DNA from: Sedimentisphaerales bacterium
Lineage (GTDB): Bacteria; Planctomycetota; Phycisphaerae; Sedimentisphaerales; Anaerobacaceae
Direction: 5' to 3'
DNA: 64,000 bases
Assembly: GCA_963708075.1 (NCBI GenBank)
Contig: OY970194.1
Coordinates: forward strand, 4,512,001 to 4,576,000
The notes beneath the pieces were generated by a model. It worked only from the letters and a program-made list of their open reading frames with translations. It did not search any database and was not told the origin of the DNA. Shown piece after piece: positions 10,500 through 20,008 of the stretch. The stretch's first letter is position 1. Every line of letters starts with the position of its first letter. The translations under genes and the position numbers were made by a program.

Positions 10500-10988
10500 T
10501 CAGGTTCGTTTGCCCAGCTCATGATCCAGCATGAGCAGCGCGCCGGTGGATTTCTCCGCCATCTTCAGTTTCTGGACGATGCTGTCCGCCGCCGCCTCTT
10601 CCTCGACCTGCTCATTGACGAACCACTGCAGGAAGGCATTGGTGGCGTGATCCTTTTCCGCGATGGCTTGATTCACCAGGTCGCCGATCCGCCCCGTGAT
10701 GTACTTCTCATGCTCCAGGGCCCCCTCAAACACCGCCAGGGGCGATTTCCACTCCTTGGCAGGCTCTTCAATCGCCGCCAGCGTGACCCGGCCGCGACGC
10801 TCGATCACGAAGCCGAAGAGCTTCATCGCGTGTCCGGTTTCCTCCCGGTTCTGGACCTTCATCCAGGTGGCGAAGCCCTGCAGGTTCTGTGATTCGAGCC
10901 AGGCGGCCATCGAAAGGTAGATATAGGCGGAATACAATTCGGCGTTGATTTGCTCGTTCAGAGCTTTTTCCATCTTCTTACTAAGCAT
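10500..10988 (-). CDS. ftnA: Non-heme ferritin
   Basis: LNEQINAELYSAY, EETGHAMK, HE and FLQWFVNEQVEEE ferroxidase residues. Confidence 0.93.
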   Translation of the reverse strand: MLSKKMEKALNEQINAELYSAYIYLSMAAWLESQNLQGFATWMKVQNREETGHAMKLFGFVIERRGRVTLAAIEEPAKEWKSPLAVFEGALEHEKYITGRIGDLVNQAIAEKDHATNAFLQWFVNEQVEEEAAADSIVQKLKMAEKSTGALLMLDHELGKRT

Positions 10989-10989
10989 T

Positions 10990-11367
10990 TTACTTGACCT
11001 CCCACATTCCGTGAATGTTGCAGAATTCTCTTGCCGTGACGTTGCCGGCGGCCAGATCGAACGTAGCCTCCGGGGCCTGGCCCGGACGAAGGAACTGCCG
11101 ATAGGACTTGCCGTCAAGCAGGACCTCGATCCACTCGATGTAATGCTTCTCCTCCATCGGGTGGGGAATGCTCCCGACCTTCACTTTGACGCCGCCATTG
11201 ACTTTTTCAATCACCGGCACGTGCTTCTCCCTGCCCTGGTCCGCTGTCTTGGCCGCGAGGTTCTCCATCGGCTGGCCACAGCAGATCAATCCGCCCGTAC
11301 CACTGCGGATGACCTGCACCATGTTTCCACAGACGCCGCATTTACAGACCCCAAGTCTCTCTGCCAT
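10990..11367 (-). CDS. dfx: Desulfoferrodoxin (two-iron superoxide reductase)
   Basis: CGVCGN..CCG desulforedoxin domain; [12 protein letters not shown] and CNIHG. Confidence 0.95.
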   Translation of the reverse strand: MAERLGVCKCGVCGNMVQVIRSGTGGLICCGQPMENLAAKTADQGREKHVPVIEKVNGGVKVKVGSIPHPMEEKHYIEWIEVLLDGKSYRQFLRPGQAPEATFDLAAGNVTAREFCNIHGMWEVK

Positions 11368-11416
11368 TTTCTACCCCTTTCCATTTCTATTGTGCGAGGC
11401 GTGCGTAGCGACTACC

Positions 11417-11443
11417 TATGTCCCATTAGTCCTATAGGTCCTA
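11417..11443. repeat. 9-bp tandem repeat, three units
   Basis: TATGTCCCA TTAGTCCTA TAGGTCCTA after the fprA stop. Confidence 0.75.
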
Positions 11444-11448
11444 TTCGA

Positions 11449-12627
11449 CTACGCGATTCCGATCTCTTTGTGCTTGGCGAGGATCCGGTCGGCCAGCTTA
11501 TTCAGGGCGGCAAAATCCTCGTCTTTCGGCTGGCCCTTGGCGACCACGGGCTCGATCACTTCGACCCTGAGATTGGCGATCAGCCCTGTGAGCTGCTCGA
11601 CCATCTTTCCGCCCCAGCCCAGCGAGCCGATGATGGAGGCGAATTTCGTCTTCGGCCGCAGCGCGTTGGCCACGATGGCCGCATAGGCCGTCTTGGGATG
11701 CGCGCCGGCCAGGACCGTGGGCGAGCCCAGCACAATCGTAGCCGCATCCACCAGGGCGATGGCCAGCTTGCCGAGATCCGTCACAGACAGATTGAATTGC
11801 CGGACTGTGATGCCCCGTTCGATCAGGGCCTCGGATAAGTGCTCGACCATCTGCTTCGTGCTCTCGTGCATGGAAACGTAGGCGAGCACCACCTCGTTCT
11901 TGACGGCATCGCTGACCCAGTCCTTGTATGCGCTCAGGATGAACTCGGGCTTGTCGTACACCGGGCCGTGACTCGGCGCGATCATGTCGATCTTGAGCTT
12001 GCCGATCTTTTCGAGATTCTTTTTGATGGCCGGCCGGAAGGGCATCATGATCTCTGCGTAGTACCGCTTGGCCGCCTCGTACACCAGCGGCTCATTCTCT
12101 ACGAACAGGCTGCTCGTCGCCAGGTGCGAGCCAAGGAAATCGCACGAGAACAGGACCCGGTCCTCCTGCAGGTACGTGCACATCGTCTCGGGCCAGTGCA
12201 CCCAGGGGATGTCGAAGAACTGGAGCGTCTTGTCCCCGAGCGACAACGTTTGCCCGTCCGCGATCGTGAGGAATCGTTCCTCCTCGACGTGCAGCAGGTC
12301 GATCAGCATGGCCTTGCACTTGGCATTGGTCACAATCCTGGCCTGCGGGTACAGCAGCAGCAGCGCGGGGATGGTCCCCGAGTGGTCCTGCTCGGCATGA
12401 TGGGACACGATGTAATCGACGCGCTCGATGCCCAGCGCCATGAGATTGCCCATCAGGACCTCGGACTTGGTGGGGTCCACGGTATCGATGAGCGCGATCT
12501 TGTCGCTGCCCTTGACCACATAGGCATTGTAGGTGGTCCCCTCGGGCAGCGGGATCAGCTCATCGAAGAGCCGGCGATCCCAGTCGATGGCCCCGACGGC
12601 ATAGATGTTCGGTTTGATCTGTCTCAT
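11449..12627 (-). CDS. fprA: Flavodiiron protein (A-type flavoprotein)
   Basis: GTTYNAY, HAEQDHSG, HWPE, SCDFLGSH and PSHG motifs plus a C-terminal flavodoxin domain. Confidence 0.95.
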   Translation of the reverse strand: MRQIKPNIYAVGAIDWDRRLFDELIPLPEGTTYNAYVVKGSDKIALIDTVDPTKSEVLMGNLMALGIERVDYIVSHHAEQDHSGTIPALLLLYPQARIVTNAKCKAMLIDLLHVEEERFLTIADGQTLSLGDKTLQFFDIPWVHWPETMCTYLQEDRVLFSCDFLGSHLATSSLFVENEPLVYEAAKRYYAEIMMPFRPAIKKNLEKIGKLKIDMIAPSHGPVYDKPEFILSAYKDWVSDAVKNEVVLAYVSMHESTKQMVEHLSEALIERGITVRQFNLSVTDLGKLAIALVDAATIVLGSPTVLAGAHPKTAYAAIVANALRPKTKFASIIGSLGWGGKMVEQLTGLIANLRVEVIEPVVAKGQPKDEDFAALNKLADRILAKHKEIGIA

Positions 12628-12644
12628 GGTATGTGCGGTCCCTT

Positions 12645-13160
12645 TCAGAGCAGGTCTTTGGCCGCCTTCAGCGCAGCTTCATAGTTGGGCTCGGTGGCGA
12701 TTTCTTTGACCAGTTCCTGATAACGGATAACGCCATTTTTGTCCACAACGAAGACGGCCCGGGCTAATAATCGAAGGTCTTTGATGAGCACGCCGTAGGA
12801 CGTCCCGAACGATGCATCGCGGTAATCCGACAGAGTCCTCACGTTCTTCACGCCTGCGGCGCCGCACCATCGGCTCTGAGCGAACGGCAGATCCATGCTC
12901 GCCGTCAACACGATCAGGCCATCGCCGAGCCTGCCTGCCTCTTCGTTAAACCGGCGCGTCTCCATGTCACACACCGGCGTGTCCAGCGACGGCACAGACG
13001 CGATGATTCGGACCTTGCCACTGAATGAGGAAAGCCTGATGGTGGACAGATCGTTGGCCACAAGCTCCACATCCGGGGCCCGCTGGCCTACCTTGACTTC
13101 ATCTCCAATCAGCGTTACCGGATTGCCCTTCAAGGTTACCAGTCCCGTTCGCTCTTTCAT
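12645..13160 (-). CDS. tpx: Thiol peroxidase (atypical 2-Cys peroxiredoxin)
   Basis: PSLDTPVC, SMDLPFAQSRWC and LLARAVFV motifs. Confidence 0.95.
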   Translation of the reverse strand: MKERTGLVTLKGNPVTLIGDEVKVGQRAPDVELVANDLSTIRLSSFSGKVRIIASVPSLDTPVCDMETRRFNEEAGRLGDGLIVLTASMDLPFAQSRWCGAAGVKNVRTLSDYRDASFGTSYGVLIKDLRLLARAVFVVDKNGVIRYQELVKEIATEPNYEAALKAAKDLL

Positions 13161-13234
13161 GCCATATCCCTTTCCCCCTTGGTCGGTTCGTATCGCTGAA
13201 CGTCAATCTATGCGATTCGGCGCCGATCTGCTGC

Positions 13235-13807
13235 TCAGTAATTCACTGCTTCCAGCTCGAAGAAGGCCTGTGATTTGGCGCAGGCGGGGCAGACCTTGGG
13301 GGCCGTCGGCCCTTCGTGGACGAGCCCGCAGTTGCGGCAGACCCACCGCACGGGGGTTGCCCGCTTGAAAACCAAGCCGTCTTTGATATTCCTGCCCAGC
13401 GCCACGTACCGATCCTCATGGCGTTTCTCCGCCACGCCGATCATCTTGAACACCCCGGCAATCTCCGTAAACCCTTCTTTCTTCGCCACTTGCGCGAAGT
13501 TCGGATACATCTCGGTGGTCTCATAATGCTCGCCCGCGGCGGCAGCTTGGAGGTTCTCGAGCGTGCTGCCGACCATGCCGGCGGGGAAAGCGGCCTGCAC
13601 CTGGACCTCGCCGCCCTGAAGGAATTTGAACAGCCGCTTGGCATGCTCGCGCTCTTGACCGGCGGTTTCCTCGAAAATCGCGGCGATCTGCTCGTAGCCT
13701 TCCTCCCGCGCCCGCTCGGCCGCATACGTGTACCGGTTCCTCGCCTGTGACTCGCCCGCAAAGGCGGTCAGCAAATTCCGTTCGGTCTCTGTGCCTCGTA
13801 AGTGCAT
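13235..13807 (-). CDS. rbr: Rubrerythrin
   Basis: AFAGESQARNRY, EREHA, GEHYE, EKRHE and a C-terminal CRNCG..CPAC. Confidence 0.95.
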   Translation of the reverse strand: MHLRGTETERNLLTAFAGESQARNRYTYAAERAREEGYEQIAAIFEETAGQEREHAKRLFKFLQGGEVQVQAAFPAGMVGSTLENLQAAAAGEHYETTEMYPNFAQVAKKEGFTEIAGVFKMIGVAEKRHEDRYVALGRNIKDGLVFKRATPVRWVCRNCGLVHEGPTAPKVCPACAKSQAFFELEAVNY

Positions 13808-13860
13808 TACTGCTCTCCAGTTACAGTCTTCGTAATACTCTGCACCCGGGGCCCTGTCAC

Positions 13861-14328
13861 TCAGTTCACCCTCTTTTGACAGCGATCACAGAGGCCTTCC
13901 AGGTACACGGTCCTTCTCAGAACGGTAAATCTGTCCCTGAGGTCTTTCGGTACGTCGATTTCGTCGAAGGGTTCGTGACGAAAATCAATAATGCGTTTGC
14001 ATTTGACGCACTTGAAGTGCTGATGAGTCTGGAGATTCGCATCGAACCGCTTGGCGTCTCCCGAGCCCTCCACGATGAAGGCGGCGCCGATTTCGTTGAG
14101 CGTCAGCAATGTCCGGTTCACCGTATCGAGCGAGATGCTCGGAAAGAGCCGCCGCACCTCACGGAAGACCACTTCAGCGGACGGATGCTCGGTGCTGGCC
14201 AACAGGGCCCTGTACACTGTCATGCGTTGTGGCGTGACCTTCAAGCCTGCCTCGCGACACTGTATTCGGAAAGCCTCCATCTTGGCTTCCATGTCCTGCA
14301 TACCCGTCGGGCGTTGTTCTCCACTCAT
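13861..14328 (-). CDS. perR: Fur family regulator, probably PerR
   Basis: LKVTPQR, HPSAE, SLDTV, HQHFKCVKC and CDRC; first gene of a peroxide-defence operon; exact start uncertain. Confidence 0.85.
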   Translation of the reverse strand: MSGEQRPTGMQDMEAKMEAFRIQCREAGLKVTPQRMTVYRALLASTEHPSAEVVFREVRRLFPSISLDTVNRTLLTLNEIGAAFIVEGSGDAKRFDANLQTHQHFKCVKCKRIIDFRHEPFDEIDVPKDLRDRFTVLRRTVYLEGLCDRCQKRVN

Positions 14329-14393
14329 TTCGATGCCTCGTACACAGGGGCCGCGACGGCACGGCGATCCGGCGACACCCCGATTTGCGACTA

Positions 14394-14410
14394 ATCGTAT
14401 TTATTACTAT
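14394..14410. promoter_or_regulatory. Putative PerR/Fur operator
   Basis: ATCGTATT-T-ATTACTAT matches 14 of 16 positions of the symmetric ATAGTAATnATTACTAT; an AT-rich island just upstream of perR. Confidence 0.65.
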
Positions 14411-14533
14411 GTAGATGCTCCGCCGTAGGTTCAGCAATTCTCTCGTCCCGCACCGCTCTAGTGTGCCGGGTGCAAGTGATGACCGATCATAACGCGACCC
14501 CGTCATAGCCGCAACCATCCTCTGGCTCAAGGA

Positions 14534-14562
14534 TTGACGTGATGCGACAGCCGGCGTACGCT
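14534..14562 (+). promoter_or_regulatory. Sigma70-like promoter
   Basis: TTGACG-17 nt-TACGCT upstream of 14646. Confidence 0.5.
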
Positions 14563-14645
14563 ATGCGCATCGGCCGGGACAAAGGCACTCGATTCGGACC
14601 GGTGATATGCAGCCACGATCGACGCAGATAGGGAGGACACACGAA

Positions 14646-15932
14646 ATGAGCCAGACAGAGTTGTCACGCAGAGAGTTTCTCAGGGCCGGAGCAGCAGTAT
14701 CGGCCGGGACCGTGCTGATGTCGGGTAAGGCGTTTGCGGCGGGTTCCGACAAGCTCCGCGTCGCGATGATCGGCTGCGGTGATCGAGGCACGAAAGATGC
14801 TATCGACTGTCTCAAGGCTGACCCTGGGATGGAGATGGTGGCGATTGCCGACATGTTTCAGGACCGGGTGGATAAGTGCCTGGGTCAGATGAATGAGGCT
14901 GTGCCCGAGAAGGTGAAAGTGACGCCGCAGACCGTGTTCCTCGGCTTTGATGCGTACAAGAAGGTCCTGGCGATGAAAGAGGTGGACATGGTCCTGCTCC
15001 TGACGCCGCCGGGTTTTCGACCGGTGACGCTGCGGGCCGCCGTGGAAGCCGGCAAGCACGTCTTCATGGAAAAACCCGGTGCCGTGGACCCGGTCGGTAT
15101 CCGCTCGCTCATGGAATCCGCCGACCTGGCAGACCAGAAGAAGCTCTCCATCGTGGTCGGGACGCAGCAGCGGTGGCAGCCGCATTACCAGGAGCTGATG
15201 AAACGCGTCCACAACGGCGATCTCGGCGAGGTCGTCGGCGGACAGGCTTACTGGAACTGGGGCAGCTCCAAATGGCACTGGGAGGAGCGAAAGCCCGGGT
15301 GGTCGGACATGGAGTGGCAGATTCGCTGTTGGCCCTACTTCACATGGCTCTCCGGCGACCACATCGTCGAACAGCACCTGCACAATATGGACGTGATCAA
15401 CTGGGCCATCGGCTCGCACCCGGTGTCGTGCCTAGGCATGGGCGGCCGGCAATCTCGCACCGGCCCGGAGTTCGGCAATATCTGGGACCATTTCACGGTT
15501 GAGTACGAGTACCCCAACGGCATCCGCGTGATGAGCATGTGCTCGCAGATCGAGGGCTCGACGTCCAAGGTCCAGGAGCGGGTCCTGTGCACGAAGGGCG
15601 CCACCGTCACCGACCGCTCCATGGGTTACATTGAGGACACGAAAGGCCAGAAGGTCTTCACGTACAACGACCCTATCCACAGCGGCGAGGTGGCTCAGTT
15701 CGAAAATCTGATCCGTAGCATCCGCGACGGCAAGCCGATCAACGAGTGCCGGCGGATCGCCGAAAGCACGATGACGCTCATCCTGGGCCGCATGAGCGCC
15801 TACACCGGCCGGGCCATCAAGTGGGACTGGGCCATGAAGGCCTCCAAGCTCGACCTGTCCCCGCAGAAGCTCGAGCTCGGCGACCTGCCCGTCGCCCCCG
15901 TCGCCGTCCCCGGCAAAACGCAATTGATCTGA
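14646..15932 (+). CDS. Gfo/Idh/MocA oxidoreductase, Tat-exported
   Basis: SRREFLR, IGCGDRG, TPPGFRP, MEKP and GDHIVEQHLHNMD motifs. Confidence 0.92.
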   Translation: MSQTELSRREFLRAGAAVSAGTVLMSGKAFAAGSDKLRVAMIGCGDRGTKDAIDCLKADPGMEMVAIADMFQDRVDKCLGQMNEAVPEKVKVTPQTVFLGFDAYKKVLAMKEVDMVLLLTPPGFRPVTLRAAVEAGKHVFMEKPGAVDPVGIRSLMESADLADQKKLSIVVGTQQRWQPHYQELMKRVHNGDLGEVVGGQAYWNWGSSKWHWEERKPGWSDMEWQIRCWPYFTWLSGDHIVEQHLHNMDVINWAIGSHPVSCLGMGGRQSRTGPEFGNIWDHFTVEYEYPNGIRVMSMCSQIEGSTSKVQERVLCTKGATVTDRSMGYIEDTKGQKVFTYNDPIHSGEVAQFENLIRSIRDGKPINECRRIAESTMTLILGRMSAYTGRAIKWDWAMKASKLDLSPQKLELGDLPVAPVAVPGKTQLI

Positions 15933-15963
15933 CGGGAGCGATGTCAAGGTAATGGATGGCGTC

Positions 15964-16026
15964 GCCGTTTGTAGTGTGCCCGCAAGGGCATATGAAGAAA
16001 CGCCTTACGGCGTCACTACGAACGGC
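15964..16026. repeat. GTAG-type REP-like inverted doublet between convergent genes
   Basis: GCCGTTTGTAGTG / CACTACGAACGGC outer arms with inner hairpins TGCCC-GCAA-GGGCA and ACGCC-TTAC-GGCGT. Confidence 0.65.
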
Positions 16027-16547
16027 TATTTCCACTTGCAGCGGCGTTGGGGCAGACGATGGCTGCCGTGACAATCGGTGCAGACCGTCGTCGCGGGGGG
16101 ACCGGTGAAAACCACCACATGCTGGGGCGTGTCGATCTTCTCCCTGGTGTGACAGGCCATGCAGGATGGATTGATCTTGTCTCTGGGGTACATGAGATCG
16201 GGGGCCGTACCGTTGCCGCCGGAGGCCCAGGACTCATCTGCAATATGAGCGTCGCTCGGCCCGTGACAGTGGGCACAGCCGATGCCCGCCCGCGCATGCG
16301 TGACGGCGATCTCTTCCTGCATGTAGTTCATGTGGCACACGAAGCAGCGGCTATTGTCGGCGGCCGGTTCGCTTGCCGTGCCGTGCTCCGGCTCGTCTTC
16401 CAGCAGCAGCGGCACCGGCTCCGCAGGTTTCGAATCAGCAACCGCAGCGGTCTCGATCCTGGGCTGTGACACAGTCCCCTGTCGCTCACATCCTGTGACA
16501 GCGGATATCGCGACAATGACGATGACGCTCAACGCTCGGTCAGACAT
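16026..16547 (-). CDS. Tetraheme c-type cytochrome, probable lipoprotein
   Basis: Four CxxCH motifs (CFVCH, CAHCH, CMACH, CTDCH); hydrophobic leader ending VTGC. Confidence 0.85.
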   Translation of the reverse strand: MSDRALSVIVIVAISAVTGCERQGTVSQPRIETAAVADSKPAEPVPLLLEDEPEHGTASEPAADNSRCFVCHMNYMQEEIAVTHARAGIGCAHCHGPSDAHIADESWASGGNGTAPDLMYPRDKINPSCMACHTREKIDTPQHVVVFTGPPATTVCTDCHGSHRLPQRRCKWK

Positions 16548-17541
16548 ATTCCCAGTTCTTGAGCCACTGATAGTTCGCGGGCAAACTGGCCCAGGTCTGT
16601 TGGCCGGCCTGCTCCAGGTCGGCGGTCTCCTTGAGGTCGAGCTGTCGCCGCTCAGCGACGGCCTTGATGACGTTATCCACTTCCTGGGCGCTGTTCATGC
16701 CGGGGATGGGAACTACCGTGTTCGTATGAAGGATGTATCGGATGGCGAGGCGACCGCGGTTATTGTTCTCTTGCTCCTCGCCCGCAAACAACGAAGCGGC
16801 GGCAAAGGGCTTGATCCCGAACGCCCCGACGTCGCGTTTCTTCAATGCGTCGAACAGGCTGTCCTCCGGCGCTTTCTTCGTCATCGTGGTGAACGGGAAG
16901 CAGACCACCTCGATCTGCGGGAAGTACTCGATCATGAACTTGATCCAGCGTCGATCGTGCGAGGAGAAGCCGACGAAGCGGGCCTTACCTTGCTTCTTGG
17001 CCTTTTCCAGGGCATCGACGATCTCGCAGGAGGTGTTGAACGTGTGCCTGCCGCCGGGCTCCATGCAGGTGATCCGCCACAGATCGGCGTAGTCCTGGCC
17101 CGAATCCTTGAGCAACTCATCCAGCGACTCCAGGAGCTTCTTGGAGGTGCGGAACTCCTCGTTGCGGACCTCTTTGGCCCCGTGTGACAGCGCCAGGTAC
17201 ACCTTATCGCGGCGGCCCTTGAGCGCCTTGGCGTCCCGCTTGACCTCGTTGTCCCAGCATGCATCGATGTAGTTGATGCCCGCATCCATGCACCGGCTGA
17301 TGATCTCGCGGCGCTCGTCATCATTGCTGCGGGAATGGCCCCCCAAGCCGACGGCAGAGACCATGATGTTCGTCTTGCCCAGCCGGCGATACTCCATGGT
17401 CTGATTGTAGCAGAGGATCTTCGATGTATCCTTCTGCGCCGCCTCTGCAATCGTGCCAAGTCCCGTCGCTACGGCAGTCGCTGTGACAGCCGCATCGCGC
17501 ACAAATTCTCGCCGGCTCATCTGCTCATTTGCCATCATCAT
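16540..17541 (-). CDS. Aldo/keto reductase-fold protein, Tat-exported
   Basis: SRREFVR; MEYRRLGKTNIMVSAVGLG, GINYID, GKARFVGFSSH and IPGMNS. Confidence 0.85.
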   Translation of the reverse strand: MMMANEQMSRREFVRDAAVTATAVATGLGTIAEAAQKDTSKILCYNQTMEYRRLGKTNIMVSAVGLGGHSRSNDDERREIISRCMDAGINYIDACWDNEVKRDAKALKGRRDKVYLALSHGAKEVRNEEFRTSKKLLESLDELLKDSGQDYADLWRITCMEPGGRHTFNTSCEIVDALEKAKKQGKARFVGFSSHDRRWIKFMIEYFPQIEVVCFPFTTMTKKAPEDSLFDALKKRDVGAFGIKPFAAASLFAGEEQENNNRGRLAIRYILHTNTVVPIPGMNSAQEVDNVIKAVAERRQLDLKETADLEQAGQQTWASLPANYQWLKNWEYV

Positions 17542-18290
17542 CTCCTTCCGGCCGACAAGGGCCGATCTGTCTTCAGCTCGAACAGGGCCTTGATCTCTTC
17601 ATCGGACAAAGTCCGGTCGTAAATGCGAAGCTCATCCAGGGAACCCGTGAACCCCCCGCCAATGCGGACATCAAGTTTGTCCCCGGTCTGGATCGGCCAC
17701 AGGTCAAGTAATCCGATGTCATGGATCTCCGCCGGCTCACCGTCCAGGTACAGGCTCACATCATCGTGCAGATTGGGCAGTTCCGCCTTGCGGACCACGA
17801 CAGCGACGTGGTGCCATTTATCCTCGTTCGTCTCGCGGTTCATGTAGAGATAACCACCATCAGGCGTGATACCGATTCGGCCGCGAATGTAGCCGAAAGT
17901 GAACATCTGCCCGAAATCCTGCGTGCCCCAGGAGACGATTTCCCCTTTCGCTGCGGCCGTCTTGATCCACGCCGCCACGGTTCGCGGCCGTGTCCCGGTG
18001 ACGCCCTTATAATTCTTGACCTCGATCCGGGACTCCTTCCCGTCAAGTTGAATGGCCTCCCCGGCCTTGCCCGGCGCGGAGCTTTCGTCGAAGGAGAGCT
18101 CGCCCTGGAGCCCGCCGTCCCGCTTGTGCCTGCTGGAATCCGCCGCGGTTTTGCCCGCCGCCTCGTCGAATTTCCACCAACCTGCCAGGTTGGGATCGGT
18201 GTCCAGCGTCACAGGTTTGTCCGCTGCGGCAACCACTGGACCGGTCAAAAGCAGGGCAAAGATACCTATAGAAAGGCATATCCGGCACAT
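17538..18290 (-). CDS. LamG / concanavalin-A-like domain protein, secreted
   Basis: Signal peptide; WWKFDE, TVAAWIK, WHHVAVV, LYLDG and FTGSLDELRIYDRTLS. Confidence 0.87.
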   Translation of the reverse strand: MCRICLSIGIFALLLTGPVVAAADKPVTLDTDPNLAGWWKFDEAAGKTAADSSRHKRDGGLQGELSFDESSAPGKAGEAIQLDGKESRIEVKNYKGVTGTRPRTVAAWIKTAAAKGEIVSWGTQDFGQMFTFGYIRGRIGITPDGGYLYMNRETNEDKWHHVAVVVRKAELPNLHDDVSLYLDGEPAEIHDIGLLDLWPIQTGDKLDVRIGGGFTGSLDELRIYDRTLSDEEIKALFELKTDRPLSAGRR

Positions 18291-18330
18291 GAGTTTCCTC
18301 CTTCTCCGAGATATTTACTCCTACCGAATG

Positions 18331-19705
18331 CTACAGGTGCCAAGGGCTTCGCATCGGCCTATCGAGCATCTGATTGGCCTCATCGCAATCAGTGAACCGT
18401 TCGGCGGCGGGGTCCCAGTGCAGCTTGCGATGCAGTCGCATCGCGATGTTACCGAGGAGGCAGATGCTGGTCGAGCGATGGCCGACCTCGGCCGGGGCCG
18501 CCGTGGGCTGACGGCTCTTGATGCAGTCGACAAAGTTGCGATGATGCTCGTCGCTCTTGTAGAGGTGAACCTCGTTGGCGCCGATCACTGTGGTCTTGAG
18601 TGACTCGGGAGAACCGGTCCATTTGTCGTCCCGCACCTCGATCCAGCCGTCCGTGCCTTCGAACCGCCACGACTCGGTCTTCTCCGTCTGGCATGTGAAT
18701 TCGACGCCGTTTGCATAGCGGGCCCGGAAGCTCACCTTGGTGGCCGTGGTGAACAATCCGTCACTGGGCCACTCGCTGCCCAGGTCCTCAAACTCGACGG
18801 GGCCCGTGTCGTCGGTTCCATTGGCCCACTGAATGATGTCGATGACGTGGGCGCCCAGGTTCGTGGTCTGGCCACCGGAGTAGTCGAGAACCGAAGCGGA
18901 ACGTGTAAAGGCATCGGTCCTTGTGGTACGGGGCCCACGGGGCCGGGCCAAGCCACATCCCGTAGTCGAGCCATTCCGGGACCGGCATCGGCTGCCAGTC
19001 GCTTGGCGGGGCCTGCTTGTTGTTGGGGCCAATAGTCGTGATGACCCGCTGGAGCTTGCCGATGCGCCCGTTTCGAATCAACTCGCAGATGAAGCGGTAC
19101 TGCTCGGCCGACCTTCGCATGGTGCCGGTTTGAAAGACGGTATTGTATCGCCGTGCGGCATCGGCCATGGCCCGGCCTTCCGCAACGGTCAGGCTCAGCG
19201 GCTTTTCGCAGTAGATGTCCGTGCCGGCGGCGGCCGCCATGATCACGGGGATTGCGTGCCAGTGGTCTGGGGTCGTCACGCACACGGCATCGATGTCATC
19301 CCTGCCGATGATGTCCCGGAAGTCCACGTAGGCGTCGCAGCCCTTGTACTGGTCGACGCCATACTTGCGGGCATAATCGTCATTGACGATCTTGCGTGCG
19401 GGCTCGCGGCCAAACCATGTGCCATTCCAGCCTTGCTTGTACCAGTGCCCGTACTGATCGCTGGCCTCGACCACGTCGCAGACGGCCAGGACCTGCACAT
19501 CCGGCTGGGCGAGGAAGGCCCGCAGGTTGTTCGTGCCCATGCCGCCAACGCCGATGGAGGCCATCGTGATCCGCTCGCTGGGCGCCACAGTGCCGGTCTT
19601 GCCCAGCGCACTGGACCGAATGAACAGGGGAAGACCCAGCGTGGCCGCCGCGGCTCCTGCCGCCTGCTTGAGAAACGTGCGCCGCCTGATCGCTTTGTCA
19701 TTCAT
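18331..19705 (-). pseudogene. Tat-exported Gfo/Idh/MocA oxidoreductase with a one-base frameshift (pseudogene or sequencing error)
   Basis: RRRTFLK...TPDHWH...CEKPL...YTFRF in one frame continues as LDYSGGQTTNLGAH...RSPWHL in another; one extra base near 18889-18892. Confidence 0.85.
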
Positions 19706-19922
19706 GATGATCCTCCGATCCAAATCAAAGCTGCCGTGGAGGCGCTGCACAGACGGGGCAAGCCCGGCCCCCCGCGTGTTGCGCCGAACATCGTGATGAC
19801 GCGTGCGTCTGCCATAGATGTCACATGGCATTATACCCGCGGGGCCCTGCCGTTAGAAGATATTCCATGAATTGCCGGAGAACGGCGGATGCTTCTTTGG
19901 GAGTGGCAGCGGTCCGTGCGGG

Positions 19923-20008
19923 AAAAGAAAAAGCCCCCATGACGGCAGCACGAGAGTTCGGTACTTTTTTTTCTCGTCCTTGTGACTCGGCTGCTACTTC
20001 ACAGGGGC
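19923..20008 (-). terminator. Long hairpin plus U-tract (intrinsic terminator or attenuator-like)
   Basis: Minus strand GCCCCTGTGA...GCAGCCGAG / CTCGTGCTGC...TCATGGGGGC followed by TTTTTCTTTT; G-U pairs favour the minus strand. Confidence 0.5.

Noticed and set aside
13819..13839. TTAC-N7-GTAA dyad between perR and rbr as a second PerR box
   Set aside because: Its symmetry and spacing differ from the 14394 motif; only a half-site matches
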